Assembly: GCA_963806225.1 (NCBI GenBank)
Contig: CAWDXG010000001.1
Coordinates: forward strand, 832,001 to 896,000
Reading direction: 5' to 3'
Length of the DNA stretch: 64,000 nt
DNA from: an uncultured delta proteobacterium
GTDB taxonomy: Bacteria; Myxococcota_A; Polyangia; Polyangiales; Polyangiaceae
The stretch's first letter is position 1. Each line of letters opens with the position of its first letter. Shown one piece after another: positions 1-9,351 of the stretch. The notes below the pieces were generated by a model. The model did not search any database and was not told the DNA's origin. It worked only from the letters and a program-made list of their open reading frames with translations. The translations under genes and the position numbers were made by a program.

Positions 1-1126
1 GTACGTGCACACCTTCGAGTCGATGAAGGTGCTGGTCGACGATTTTGTCGAACGCAACTACTTCGGTGTGATTCTCACGGGGGGCGAGCCCTCGCTGCAT
101 CCGGAGCTGCCGCGCATCTGCGAATACGCCCGCGAGCAGGGCCTGCACGTGCGCATGATCACGAACGGCTTCCGCCTTGCCGATCGCGAATTCGCCAGGG
201 AAATGGCGGACGCGGGCCTGCAGCTCGCGCACGTGTCGGTGTACTCGATCCGGCCGGAAATCGAGGCGCGGTTGCGCGGCGTGGAGGGCACGCTGGAGCG
301 GGCCTTCGCCGCGGTCGACAACGCCAACGAATTCGGCGTCGACATCAACATCAACTGCGTCATCAACAAGCTGAATGCGGATCACCTCGACGAGAACATC
401 CGCTACTGGATCGAGCACCACCCGCACATCCGACATTTCGTCTGGAACAACCTCGACCCTTCGATGGGTCGCGCGGAGGTGAACCAGGACGAGTTCACGC
501 CGCGGCTCCGCGACTTCGAGGTCAGCCTGTTCCGCGCGCTGTCGCTCCTGTACCGGACGGGTCGCACATTCCGCGTGGAGAAGGTGCCGCTCTGCTATAT
601 GACGGATTTCGCGTGGGCCAGCACCGAGACGCGCAAGATCGTCAAGGGCGAGGAGCGCATCGTGCACTTCCTCGACAACAAGCAGACCGTGCGCCAGACG
701 GACTGGGAACACATCTATGCCGAGGCGTGCGGTGCCTGCTCGCTCCGCACCATCTGCGGCGGGTTGTTCGATCGCGGCAACGGCTACGATCCGGCCGAGC
801 TGAGCCCGGTGTTCGTGTCGCGCGACGCCATCGTCGAACGCATCATCCACGACCCCGACGACCCGAGCTATGACTTCCGCAGCCTGGACGAATGGCGCCG
901 CGACTTCGAAGCGCGCTGTGCCGAGACGCTGGCTGGCGAGCACCGCCGCCCCGCCGGCGACATGCCCGACGAGAGCTTCCGCGACCCGGACGCGCCGAGC
1001 GTCGGCATGGTGACCGAGGACAGCCTGCGCCGCTTCGCCGCCAAGCGCCGTGCCGAGGCCCGCCGCGCCGAGAAGCTCGGCGTGCAGCTCGAGCACCTCG
1101 CCCTCCAGTCGCCGGACGACGAATAG
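1..1126 (+). CDS. Radical SAM protein with C-terminal Cys (SPASM/twitch-like) motif, 5'-truncated by the window edge
   Basis: LTGGEP motif, MITNG, VPLCY and CGACSLRTICGG; the CxxxCxxC motif would lie upstream of base 1. Confidence 0.8.
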   Translation, partial: YVHTFESMKVLVDDFVERNYFGVILTGGEPSLHPELPRICEYAREQGLHVRMITNGFRLADREFAREMADAGLQLAHVSVYSIRPEIEARLRGVEGTLERAFAAVDNANEFGVDININCVINKLNADHLDENIRYWIEHHPHIRHFVWNNLDPSMGRAEVNQDEFTPRLRDFEVSLFRALSLLYRTGRTFRVEKVPLCYMTDFAWASTETRKIVKGEERIVHFLDNKQTVRQTDWEHIYAEACGACSLRTICGGLFDRGNGYDPAELSPVFVSRDAIVERIIHDPDDPSYDFRSLDEWRRDFEARCAETLAGEHRRPAGDMPDESFRDPDAPSVGMVTEDSLRRFAAKRRAEARRAEKLGVQLEHLALQSPDDE

Positions 1127-1131
1127 GCGAT

Positions 1132-1171
1132 ACGTAGCAAAACGCCACAAATGTGTGGCGTTTTGCTACGT
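1132..1171. repeat. Perfect 18-bp inverted repeat made of two GTRGC-N5-GCYAC sites (operator pair and/or terminator)
   Basis: ACGTAGCAAAACGCCACA-aatg-TGTGGCGTTTTGCTACGT, followed by TTT. Confidence 0.75.
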
Positions 1172-1262
1172 TTTCGGGGGTCCTGGCAGCCGATGGCCGT
1201 CGCGGAGCCGTCCGTGAGCGGATCCCCATCACGTCCCGGGTTGCGCCGGTCGTGCGCCGTCC

Positions 1263-1276
1263 CTACCAGATGGTAG
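1263..1276. promoter_or_regulatory. Candidate TetR operator palindrome
   Basis: CTACCA-GA-TGGTAG overlapping a -35-like TAGACA (1274-1279); -10-like TAGGCT at 1296-1301. Confidence 0.45.
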
Positions 1277-1305
1277 ACAACTGCCGATCGGGCGGTAGGC
1301 TACCA

Positions 1306-1989
1306 ATGAACGTGCAACCCGCAGCCAGAACCGATGTGCGGGGGGAGATCCTGACGGTCGCGACCCGGCTGTTTGCTCGCCAGGGTTTCGACGGCACGTC
1401 CATCGCCGAGATCGCCGATGCGGTCGGCGTGAAGAAGCCGTCGCTGCTCTACCACTTCGCAAGCAAGGAAGAGCTGCGCCAGGCTGTGCTCGACAACGTG
1501 CTCGCGCGCTGGAACGAGACGCTACCGCGCGTGCTGGTGGCGGCGACGGCCGGCGAGGATCAGTTCGAGGGCGTGACACGCGAGCTGGTGTCGTTCTTCA
1601 TGGCCGATCCCGATCGCGCGCGGCTGCTCATCCGTGAAGCGCTGGATCGCCCGGACGACATGCGGAAGCGCCTTGCCGCGCACGTGCGCCCGGTGGTGGC
1701 GAATCTGTCCGACTACATCCGCCGCGGGCAGGGGCACGGCGAGCTCCACGCCGAAGCGGATGCCGAGGCGTATCTGTTCCAGACCATCACGCTCCTGCTC
1801 TGCGGCGTCGCGTTCACCGACAGCTTCGGCACGCTCATGCCGAAGAGCTCGCCCTACGGCGGGCAGAAGGAGCGGCTCACGCGCGAGCTTCTGCGCATCG
1901 CGCGCTCGGGGCTGTTTCTCCCGCCCGGAGCGGAAGCGAGCGGCGTCACGAAGACCCGAGGGGTTGGGAAGAAGAAGAAAAAGGACTGA
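1306..1989 (+). CDS. TetR/AcrR family transcriptional regulator
   Basis: N-terminal HTH ILTVATRLFARQGFDGTSIAEIADAVGVKKPSLLYHFASKEEL. Confidence 0.92.
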   Translation: MNVQPAARTDVRGEILTVATRLFARQGFDGTSIAEIADAVGVKKPSLLYHFASKEELRQAVLDNVLARWNETLPRVLVAATAGEDQFEGVTRELVSFFMADPDRARLLIREALDRPDDMRKRLAAHVRPVVANLSDYIRRGQGHGELHAEADAEAYLFQTITLLLCGVAFTDSFGTLMPKSSPYGGQKERLTRELLRIARSGLFLPPGAEASGVTKTRGVGKKKKKD

Positions 1990-1992
1990 ACC

Positions 1993-3921
1993 ATGGCAAA
2001 CTTCCTGAAAGACAACGACGACCTCGGCTACTACCTGGAAAAGGGCGTCGACTGGGACGCGGTGGCCCGGGCGGTGGAGCGCGACTTCCGCGCCGAGGGC
2101 GGCTTTGCCGATGCGGCCGAAGCGCAGCAGTTCTACCGCGATATCCTCGAGATGGTGGGCGAGTTCGTGGCCGAGCAGATCGCGCCGCACGCGCTCGAGA
2201 TCGACCGCGAAGGGGTGCGCTTCGAAAACGGCGAGGCGATCTTTCCCGAGCGGCTCGCGTCGATCTTCGAACGCATCAAGGAGCTGGAGCTGCACGGTAT
2301 GTGCCTGCCGCGCGAACTCGGCGGCCAGAACGCGCCCTTGATGCTCTACTTCCTCTCGAACGAGCTGTTCGCCCGCGGCGAGGTCTCGGTGATGGCGCAC
2401 CACGGCTTCCACGGCGGCGTGGCGCTCACCATGCTGCAGCTCAGCCAGCGAGAGGGCACGACAAAGCTCGATCCGGAGACGGGCGCCATCCTCGAGACGC
2501 GCTTTGCCGACTACATCGAGGAGATCAAGAACGGCGAAGCCTGGGGCTGCATGGACATCACCGAGCCCGACGCCGGCAGCGACATGGCGGCGCTCAAGAC
2601 GCTGGCCGAGCAGGACGAGGACGGAAACTGGCTGCTCACCGGGCAGAAGATCTTCATCACCTCCGGCCACGGCAAGTACCACTTCGTCATCGCACGCAGC
2701 GAGAAGGTGTCGGATCCCGACGACCCCATGGCCGGGCTCCAGGGCCTCAGCATGTTCATGGTGAAGGCCTACGAGGACGACGAGAATGGAAAGCGCACGC
2801 GCTTCGTCACAGTCGACCGCATCGAGGAGAAAATGGGCCACCACGGCTCGGCCACCGCTTCACTGACCTTCGAGCGGGTGCCGGCGGAGCTCATCGGACA
2901 GCGGGGCGAGGGTTTCCCGTACATGCTGACCTTGATGAACAACGCGCGCATCAGCGTGGGGTTCGAGTGCCTCGGTCTGTGCGAGGCGGCGTACCGGCTG
3001 GCGCGCGACTACGCGGCCGAGCGCCGCTCGATGGGCAAGAGCATCGATCGCCACGAGATGATCGCCGACTACCTGGAAGAGATGCAGACCGACATCCAGG
3101 GGCTGCGCGCGATGGCGATCCACGGCGCGTTCCACGAGGAGCAAGCGACGCGACTTTCGATGCAGCTCGCGACGCTGGGCGACCTCGACGCGGTGGAGCG
3201 GAAGCGCATCCAGAAACGGGTCGCGGCCCACAAGGCCAACGCGCGACGCGTCACGCCGCTGGTGAAGTACCTGGGCGCGGAGCGCGCAGTGCTCTCGGCG
3301 CGCCGGGCGCTGCAGATCCTGGGCGGCAACGGCTACATCCGGGAGTACGGCGCGGAAAAGCTCCTGCGCGACGCGCTGGTGATGCCGATCTACGAGGGCA
3401 CGAGCCAGATCCAGGCACTGATGGCGATGAAGGACACGCTCGGCGGCATCATGAAGAACCCGCAGGAGTTCATCAAACGCATCGCGCAGACGCGCTGGCG
3501 CTCGCTCTCGGCGCGCGACTCGCTGGAGCGGCGGCTGGCGAAGCTGGAGCTCGTGTCGCTAGCCGCACAGCAGCACCTGATGGCACGCACTGCGGGCGAC
3601 AAGTTCAAGGCCGTGCAGGGCAAGCCGTTTGCCGAGTGGCCGAGTGCGCTGTTCAGCGGCTGGGACCCGAAGCGCGACTTCGCCTACGCCATGTTGCATG
3701 CCGAGCGGCTGATACAGATCCTTGCGGACGAAGCGGCGTGCCAGCTCCTGTGGGCGCAGGCGAAGGCGCACCCCGAGCGCCGCGAGGTGCTCGAGCGCTA
3801 CCTCGAGCGTGCCGAGCCGCGCGGCCGCTACCTGCTCGACGAGATCACATCGACCGGTCAGCGGCTGCTTTCGCGTCTCGATTCGTCCGATGAAGAGGGC
3901 GACGAGCAGGCGGCGAGCTAG
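1993..3921 (+). CDS. Acyl-CoA dehydrogenase
   Basis: MDITEPDAGSD, GQKIFIT, EEKMGHHGSAT, QILGGNGYIREY, IYEGTSQIQ. Confidence 0.95.
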   Translation: MANFLKDNDDLGYYLEKGVDWDAVARAVERDFRAEGGFADAAEAQQFYRDILEMVGEFVAEQIAPHALEIDREGVRFENGEAIFPERLASIFERIKELELHGMCLPRELGGQNAPLMLYFLSNELFARGEVSVMAHHGFHGGVALTMLQLSQREGTTKLDPETGAILETRFADYIEEIKNGEAWGCMDITEPDAGSDMAALKTLAEQDEDGNWLLTGQKIFITSGHGKYHFVIARSEKVSDPDDPMAGLQGLSMFMVKAYEDDENGKRTRFVTVDRIEEKMGHHGSATASLTFERVPAELIGQRGEGFPYMLTLMNNARISVGFECLGLCEAAYRLARDYAAERRSMGKSIDRHEMIADYLEEMQTDIQGLRAMAIHGAFHEEQATRLSMQLATLGDLDAVERKRIQKRVAAHKANARRVTPLVKYLGAERAVLSARRALQILGGNGYIREYGAEKLLRDALVMPIYEGTSQIQALMAMKDTLGGIMKNPQEFIKRIAQTRWRSLSARDSLERRLAKLELVSLAAQQHLMARTAGDKFKAVQGKPFAEWPSALFSGWDPKRDFAYAMLHAERLIQILADEAACQLLWAQAKAHPERREVLERYLERAEPRGRYLLDEITSTGQRLLSRLDSSDEEGDEQAAS

Positions 3922-3936
3922 AGCCCGCCGGCTAAC

Positions 3937-4668
3937 CTACGTTTGCCAGAGATGGTTCTCTTCGCGGAGCAGCCACAGGGCGTGCAGCGCGTAGGCGAGC
4001 AGGGCGGCGCCGGTAACGGCGATCAGCGGCAGCCCCCACGATGTGCGCGCGAGGGCCACCGCGCCGTGGGACAGGGTGGTCTCGAACAGGAACGCGCCGA
4101 GCACTGCGAGCACCAGACCGCGCACGATCCCGTCGCGGCGGCGCAGCGAGCGCAGCCGATCGGCGTGCGGCGTCTCGTCGTCGCTGTCCGCGGGCAGTGT
4201 TCCGGACAGAAGGAGCACCATTCCCGACGCCACCAACATCAGGCCCAGAGCACCCACCACCAGCGTGCCCAGGGTGCCGGGGATCAGGCTGTGGCCAACC
4301 GCCAGCTCGAAGCCCGCCATGGCCAGTGCGAAATGCAGCAGCGCGTCGCTCGCTCCGGGACGCGGAGCGGCGCCCGCCCTGCGCAAAGCAACGCTGCCGA
4401 TGGCGATGGCGGCCAGCAGCAGCAGCAGGCCGGCCAGGGAGAGGAGCAGCGCCTCGCCGGCAGGTTGCGCCGCGATGCGTTGCAACGCGCCCGGGCTCGC
4501 CATCTGCATCAAGGCCAGGAGCGACAGCAGCAGATACACGGTGGCCGAGAGCGCCCGGACCGTGTGGGCCGTCCGCTCGGCCGACAGCGTGGCGAGCCAG
4601 TCGAACGGATCGAATCGATGTTTGAAGGGCGAAAGCACGCGCCTGCTCCGATGTGTGGACACGAGCAA
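3937..4668 (-). CDS. Multi-pass membrane protein (DUF1206-like)
   Basis: Several hydrophobic helices; C-terminal RGLVLAVLG...WGLPLIAVTGAALLAYAL pattern; start uncertain. Confidence 0.55.
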   Translation of the reverse strand: MLVSTHRSRRVLSPFKHRFDPFDWLATLSAERTAHTVRALSATVYLLLSLLALMQMASPGALQRIAAQPAGEALLLSLAGLLLLLAAIAIGSVALRRAGAAPRPGASDALLHFALAMAGFELAVGHSLIPGTLGTLVVGALGLMLVASGMVLLLSGTLPADSDDETPHADRLRSLRRRDGIVRGLVLAVLGAFLFETTLSHGAVALARTSWGLPLIAVTGAALLAYALHALWLLREENHLWQT

Positions 4669-4750
4669 GCGAATCGCTTGGTGTGTTCCCTGTCAGTGGC
4701 CGCGCGTTGGTAGAGCGTTCAAATGCCTGCGTGGCACGCCGGATGCACGC

Positions 4751-6655
4751 TCAGGGCGCCTCATCCGGCCCCACGTCGAACTTGCCGCCCTTGGGACGTG
4801 GATCGCCTTCGAAGTCGTGATCGGGCGCGTCGGATGACACGCCCGCGTTGATGCACTGGGCGCTGCTCGTCAGGTGGAAGGTCGTGTCGTAGCAGTCCGC
4901 CGAGAAATTGTTCGCCGCGAACGGGAGCGCGTTGGTGGTGGACAGGTCGAGGTCCAGGTCGGACGCGACGTTGTGCTGCCGGTAGACCACGTTGCTGCTC
5001 GAGCCGCTCGCATACGGGATGAACCAGAAATCGTTGTTCTCGATCTTCTCGGGATGGATGTCCTGCGCGCCGGGTTCCTCGAGGATGCCGAAGCGCATGG
5101 CGGCACGCCCGGGCATCATGAAATTGTTGCGGATACGCCCCACGATGGCTGTGCTGCAGCCGCTGCAGCCGGGATTCTGCAGGACGACGACCGCATCCTT
5201 CGGCGGCATCTTGCCGGCGGCGGCCGGCGGCGCCCCGACCAGGAGGTTGGAGCTCACCACGACCTCCTGCACCTGCTTCTCGCTCCGGGTCAGGCGCACC
5301 GCGGCGCTCTGTGGCGCGTCCGCGCCGTAGACGATGTTGTTGGTGACGACGCCATCGCCGCTCCAGCTCAGGATGCCGCCGCACCAGCGGGTCGAGTTGG
5401 TGCAGCTCGGGGTCTGGGTGTTGTTGATCTTGTTCGCGTCGATTTCGAGCACCGAGCTGAACCCGATGCCCCAGCTGTCGTCCAGGCCCTGGCCGCCGGC
5501 GATGGTGTTCGAGAAGATCAGGGTGCCGTCGGTGCTGGTGAAGGCGGTGATGCCGTAGCTGCTGGTCGCGGTGCCGCCGGCGATGGTGTTGCTCTTGATT
5601 TCTGCGACTGTTCCCGGCGGCAGATTGCCGCCGTAGGTGAAGTTGCGCGGTGCGCCGAACGAGATGCCGGTGGAGGACTCCGCGGCCTGGCCGCCGTCGA
5701 TCGTGTTCTTCTCGATCAGCGGACCCGGCTTCTGGATGGCGTTGCTGCCGCTGCCAGCGAGCGCGATGCCGATCGCGCGCGCCGTATTGCCGCTGCCGCT
5801 GATGTTCGGTCCGTTGATGGTGTTGTTCGAGATGTGCGGCGAACCGCCTGCAATGGTGATGGCCGCCCCGCCGGGTTGGTACTTTGGCGTGTCGGTGTCG
5901 TGTCCCTGGACGCGGAATCCGTCGAGCAGCGTCTTGCGGGTGATGGTGTCCGGCGCGAGCAGCCCCTCGTCGTCCTGGTCCAGGATGGCGGTGTCGAACG
6001 ACGTGGGGTCCCGTTTCCAGGTGCAGTTGGCCGCCGTCTCGCAGGAGAAGCCGCCCAGCAGGTTGACACCCTCGACCAGCGTGACCTTCTCGGGATAGTG
6101 ACCGTCGGCCACGTAGACGCTGATGCCCTTCATCGACGGGTTGTTCTGCAGGATCGTCGTCGCGTTCTTGATGCCGTGCGCGATCGTGAACACCGGATCG
6201 GTCATGGTGCCCTTTCCGGTGTCGTTCTGGTTGCCGACCTTGGTCGAGACGAACGTTCCCAGACCCCCGCAACCCTGATCCGCCGGACCGCCGGTGCAGC
6301 CGTTGTTCCGGCCGTCCCCGCAGACTTCAGGCGCCCCGGGATAGGTGCGAGGGTCGTTGTCGTCGCAGTCGCCCTGGCACGTCGTGACGCCGTCGCCGTC
6401 GGCGTCGGTGTTGGTACAGGGCGCGTCCTGGCCGGCGTCCGCGACGGCGCCGGTGCCTCCGGTCGCGCCGCCGCTGCCGCCCGAGCCCGCAGTCGAGCCG
6501 CCCGCACCCCCGGTGGCGCCGCCGTCGCTGCCTGCTGTGCCGCCGTTGCCAGCTGACGAGAATTGGTCACTGCCGCCGCAGGCGCCCAGCGCAGCAGCGC
6601 CGCACAACGCGACGAACACGGCCAGACGTCGCCGTCGGATCCTCGAAGCAAGCAT
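4751..6655 (-). CDS. Lipoprotein with MopE-like metal-binding motif, right-handed beta-helix and choice-of-anchor-Q-like C-terminus
   Basis: Lipobox ALGAC, Gly-rich linker, DADGDG..GDCDDNDPRTYPGAPEVC, repeated IxxNTIxGG, FHLTSSAQCINAG...DFEGDPRP...DVGPDE. Confidence 0.8.
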   Translation of the reverse strand: MLASRIRRRRLAVFVALCGAAALGACGGSDQFSSAGNGGTAGSDGGATGGAGGSTAGSGGSGGATGGTGAVADAGQDAPCTNTDADGDGVTTCQGDCDDNDPRTYPGAPEVCGDGRNNGCTGGPADQGCGGLGTFVSTKVGNQNDTGKGTMTDPVFTIAHGIKNATTILQNNPSMKGISVYVADGHYPEKVTLVEGVNLLGGFSCETAANCTWKRDPTSFDTAILDQDDEGLLAPDTITRKTLLDGFRVQGHDTDTPKYQPGGAAITIAGGSPHISNNTINGPNISGSGNTARAIGIALAGSGSNAIQKPGPLIEKNTIDGGQAAESSTGISFGAPRNFTYGGNLPPGTVAEIKSNTIAGGTATSSYGITAFTSTDGTLIFSNTIAGGQGLDDSWGIGFSSVLEIDANKINNTQTPSCTNSTRWCGGILSWSGDGVVTNNIVYGADAPQSAAVRLTRSEKQVQEVVVSSNLLVGAPPAAAGKMPPKDAVVVLQNPGCSGCSTAIVGRIRNNFMMPGRAAMRFGILEEPGAQDIHPEKIENNDFWFIPYASGSSSNVVYRQHNVASDLDLDLSTTNALPFAANNFSADCYDTTFHLTSSAQCINAGVSSDAPDHDFEGDPRPKGGKFDVGPDEAP

Positions 6656-6731
6656 CACGACCTCCGTGATTGGAAAAGCCAGGGACAAGCATGACGGACG
6701 CACCGCATACCTGTCAAAGGCGCCTGGGAGA

Positions 6732-7154
6732 TCAGGCTGTCAGATCGCGCACCAGATCGGCGGCCTCGTCGCGGTCGATCTCCAGCGCCTCGGCCGTGTC
6801 CATGATCAGCTCGCGCTCGCTGGTGCGGATCAGGCCGTCGGCGGCCGTGACCTGGATGGCGAGCGCCAGCGCGACCTTGCGTGCACCGGCATCGGGCAGC
6901 CGCTGCTTGACCGACGCGAGCCGCGCGTCGCGCCCGGAGCTCTCGAGCTCCTTCTGTGCGCGTTCGAGCAGCTCGCCCACCTTGTCCTTCGAGAGCCGGT
7001 TGTCGCTGAGCGACTCGACGCTCTTCTGGAAGTGCTCGCGCTCCTCCTGGCTGAACTCGCCGTCCGCCGAGGCGGCCAGGACCATCATCTCGATCAGTGC
7101 CTCGAGCTTTTCGTCGGAGAGGTTTTCGACCGCGGAGGTATCGATGGCGCTCAT
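6732..7154 (-). CDS. TerB family (tellurite-resistance-like) protein
   Basis: AASADGEFSQEE and AADGLIRTSERELI metal-binding motifs. Confidence 0.85.
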   Translation of the reverse strand: MSAIDTSAVENLSDEKLEALIEMMVLAASADGEFSQEEREHFQKSVESLSDNRLSKDKVGELLERAQKELESSGRDARLASVKQRLPDAGARKVALALAIQVTAADGLIRTSERELIMDTAEALEIDRDEAADLVRDLTA

Positions 7155-7193
7155 GGCGGCGGAGTATACCGGAAGTGATCCGGCTAGAGGACC

Positions 7194-8252
7194 CTAGCGC
7201 GCCTCGAGAAATGGCGCGTGGGTCAGCTCGCGGATGACGCCCGTGGCGTAGCTGCCGGAGGGCAGGGAAAAGTCGAGGACCAGCGAGCCGTCGTCCCGGC
7301 TCTCCAACGCGAGCCCCTCCAGCTTCGCCAGCAGGTCGCGCCGGGTGCCGTCGGCGAGGCGGCCCATCAGCCCGAGCTCCGCGCTGCCCACGCCGAGCGC
7401 GCTCGTGGCCTGGGCCTCGAGCTCCCGGGGAGTGCCCTCCGGCTGTTTCATGCGGGGCCCGGTGATGGGGCCGGTGAGGTGGATGTCCCCCGAGACCAGG
7501 CGCGGCAACTCCGCGTGCGGGTCCTCTACGACGAACACCGAGCGCGAGCCGTCCAGCCGCACGACCTCGCCTTCGAGCAGGTGATCGAGCCCGAGCTCGC
7601 TTCGCAGGGCGAGATAGCGGTTGAAGATCCCCGCCTGGACCACGCTCGGGTAGAGCTTCCTGTAGAAGCGCGCGCGTCGTCCTTCGGCGGGCGCGCCGCG
7701 AGCGAGCCATGCGATGGCTTCAGCGACGTTGTTGCCGCCACGACCGAAGCGCTGCGCGCCGAAGTAGTTGGGAAGGCCGCGTTCGCGGAGTCGCGCGATG
7801 ATCGCGGTGGCGGCGCTAGCGTCCTCGACGCCTACCAGGCGGATCCGGAACCGGTTGCCGAGCTGCTGTCCAGTCCGGAGCTTGCGCTCTCCCGGTCGGG
7901 ATTCGAGCACCTCGAGACCCTCCGGCAGCTCCCACTCGTCGGGAGGCCTGGCGCCGGGTGGCAGCGACAGCCACTGCGAGGTCACAGCGTGCTTGTCCTT
8001 CATGCCGGCGCTGCCGAGGTCGCGCTCACGGACCCGGGCAGCGCGCGCGACGGCGTGCAGCATGTCCGGCGTCGTCCACAGCCGCTTCCGCACGCGCACG
8101 TACAGATGTTCGCCTTGGCCGCTCGGGACTACCGACGGGATCTCGTCCACGACGAAGTCCTCCGGCTCCGGGCCGACCGAGCCGCCCACGGCGGGCAGAT
8201 CGCCGGTGAGGAGCGGAGGCTCGAAGAGAGCGCGCGGCGGGTCGGGGCTCAT
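7194..8252 (-). CDS. truD: tRNA pseudouridine(13) synthase
   Basis: PEDFVVDE, AGMKDKHAVTSQW, GNRFRIRL, PNYFGAQRFG, FSLPSGSYAT. Confidence 0.95.
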   Translation of the reverse strand: MSPDPPRALFEPPLLTGDLPAVGGSVGPEPEDFVVDEIPSVVPSGQGEHLYVRVRKRLWTTPDMLHAVARAARVRERDLGSAGMKDKHAVTSQWLSLPPGARPPDEWELPEGLEVLESRPGERKLRTGQQLGNRFRIRLVGVEDASAATAIIARLRERGLPNYFGAQRFGRGGNNVAEAIAWLARGAPAEGRRARFYRKLYPSVVQAGIFNRYLALRSELGLDHLLEGEVVRLDGSRSVFVVEDPHAELPRLVSGDIHLTGPITGPRMKQPEGTPRELEAQATSALGVGSAELGLMGRLADGTRRDLLAKLEGLALESRDDGSLVLDFSLPSGSYATGVIRELTHAPFLEAR

Positions 8253-9244
8253 TTCCTGCGCCGGGCCAGCGTGCCGAGCGACTCCATCAGCTTCGCGCTC
8301 TGAGCCTCGGCGGGCAGGACCTGCAGCTTGTCGAGATCGAGCTCCTCGATGCCGAGGATCAGGATTTCGGGCTCGGACGACAGGTCTGGCCGTCGCGCGG
8401 CAATGACTGCGGGGGAGACGTGCGGTCCCGGCTGCTTTCTTCCCGTCTGCTCGCCCGTGACCTCGATCACCACGACCGCGACGTTGTCGGGACCTCCGGC
8501 AGCATTCGCGAGCTGGATAAGCTCAGCCGCCAGGGCCGACGGTGGTTCCGGCTTCACCATCACCGCCGCGATCGCCGAAGGGGGAACGGGATTGCTGAGC
8601 CCATCCGTGCAGAGCAGATACCGATCGCCGATAGCCACGGCGTGCGAGCGGATCGAGACCCGGACGTTTTCCTCCATGCCTAGTGCGCGCGTGACGACGT
8701 TTTTCGGCAGGCGTTTGAGGACGGACTCGTCCAGCTCCGGACGCTGCTCGAGCACGTCGTTGAGCAGGGAGTGGTCCTGCGTCAGAAGCTCGAGATATCC
8801 GCCACGGAGACGGTAGCAGCGGCTGTCGCCCACGTGGCCGATGTGCAGGAGCCCGCTCCGTGCAGAATAGCCAGCCGCCACCACCGTGGTCCCCATGCCC
8901 CGGTGCTCGTTCGAATCCTTCGAGATCGCGACGATGTCCTGGTTGGCCTTCTTGATGCCGCGGGACATGCGGCGCGCTCCGTTCGACAGCCCGAACGTAT
9001 CGAACTCGGGCTTGTCGTGGGTCTCGCGGACCGTCGAGCCGAAATAGTTGCTGAGCGAGCGCGCGGCGAGCGCGCTGGCGACCTCACCGGCGTTGTGCCC
9101 GCCGGCGCCGTCCGCGACCAGATACAGACCGAGGTCGTCCCGGATCAGGAACGTGTCCTCGTTGTGTTCCCGTATGCGTCCGACATCGGTGGCCCCCGCG
9201 GCTTCCAGCTGGCAGAGTTCAGTCATCGGAGTCGGTTGAACCAT
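8249..9244 (-). CDS. PP2C-family Ser/Thr protein phosphatase
   Basis: TDVGRIREHNED, VADGAGGH, GMGTT, HVGDSRCY, LCTDGL, GGPDN. Confidence 0.93.
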   Translation of the reverse strand: MVQPTPMTELCQLEAAGATDVGRIREHNEDTFLIRDDLGLYLVADGAGGHNAGEVASALAARSLSNYFGSTVRETHDKPEFDTFGLSNGARRMSRGIKKANQDIVAISKDSNEHRGMGTTVVAAGYSARSGLLHIGHVGDSRCYRLRGGYLELLTQDHSLLNDVLEQRPELDESVLKRLPKNVVTRALGMEENVRVSIRSHAVAIGDRYLLCTDGLSNPVPPSAIAAVMVKPEPPSALAAELIQLANAAGGPDNVAVVVIEVTGEQTGRKQPGPHVSPAVIAARRPDLSSEPEILILGIEELDLDKLQVLPAEAQSAKLMESLGTLARRRK

Positions 9245-9351
9245 CGGGTCGAGTATAGACCCGGCGGACCCGGGACAAGTGCTTGAATCTGCCGGGTTTC
9301 GAGCCGGCGCGCCGGATCGCACGACCTTGGCCGGCTAGATCCGGTGCGGAG

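Noticed and set aside
1522..2844. Long antisense and alternate-frame ORFs (this one, and e.g. 4874..6556, 33419..35461, 47102..48919)
   Set aside because: Shadow ORFs expected in high-GC coding DNA; Arg/Ala/Pro-rich, no motifs, overlapping well-supported genes
4732..4747. Sigma54-like TGGCACG-N4-ATGCA on the + strand
   Set aside because: Points into the 3' end of a minus-strand gene, no downstream + strand gene, and no CGCA-N5-TGCG site seen nearby
6732..7154. TerB as part of a ter stress or anti-phage cluster
   Set aside because: Solitary gene next to truD and PP2C, with no other ter or defence genes
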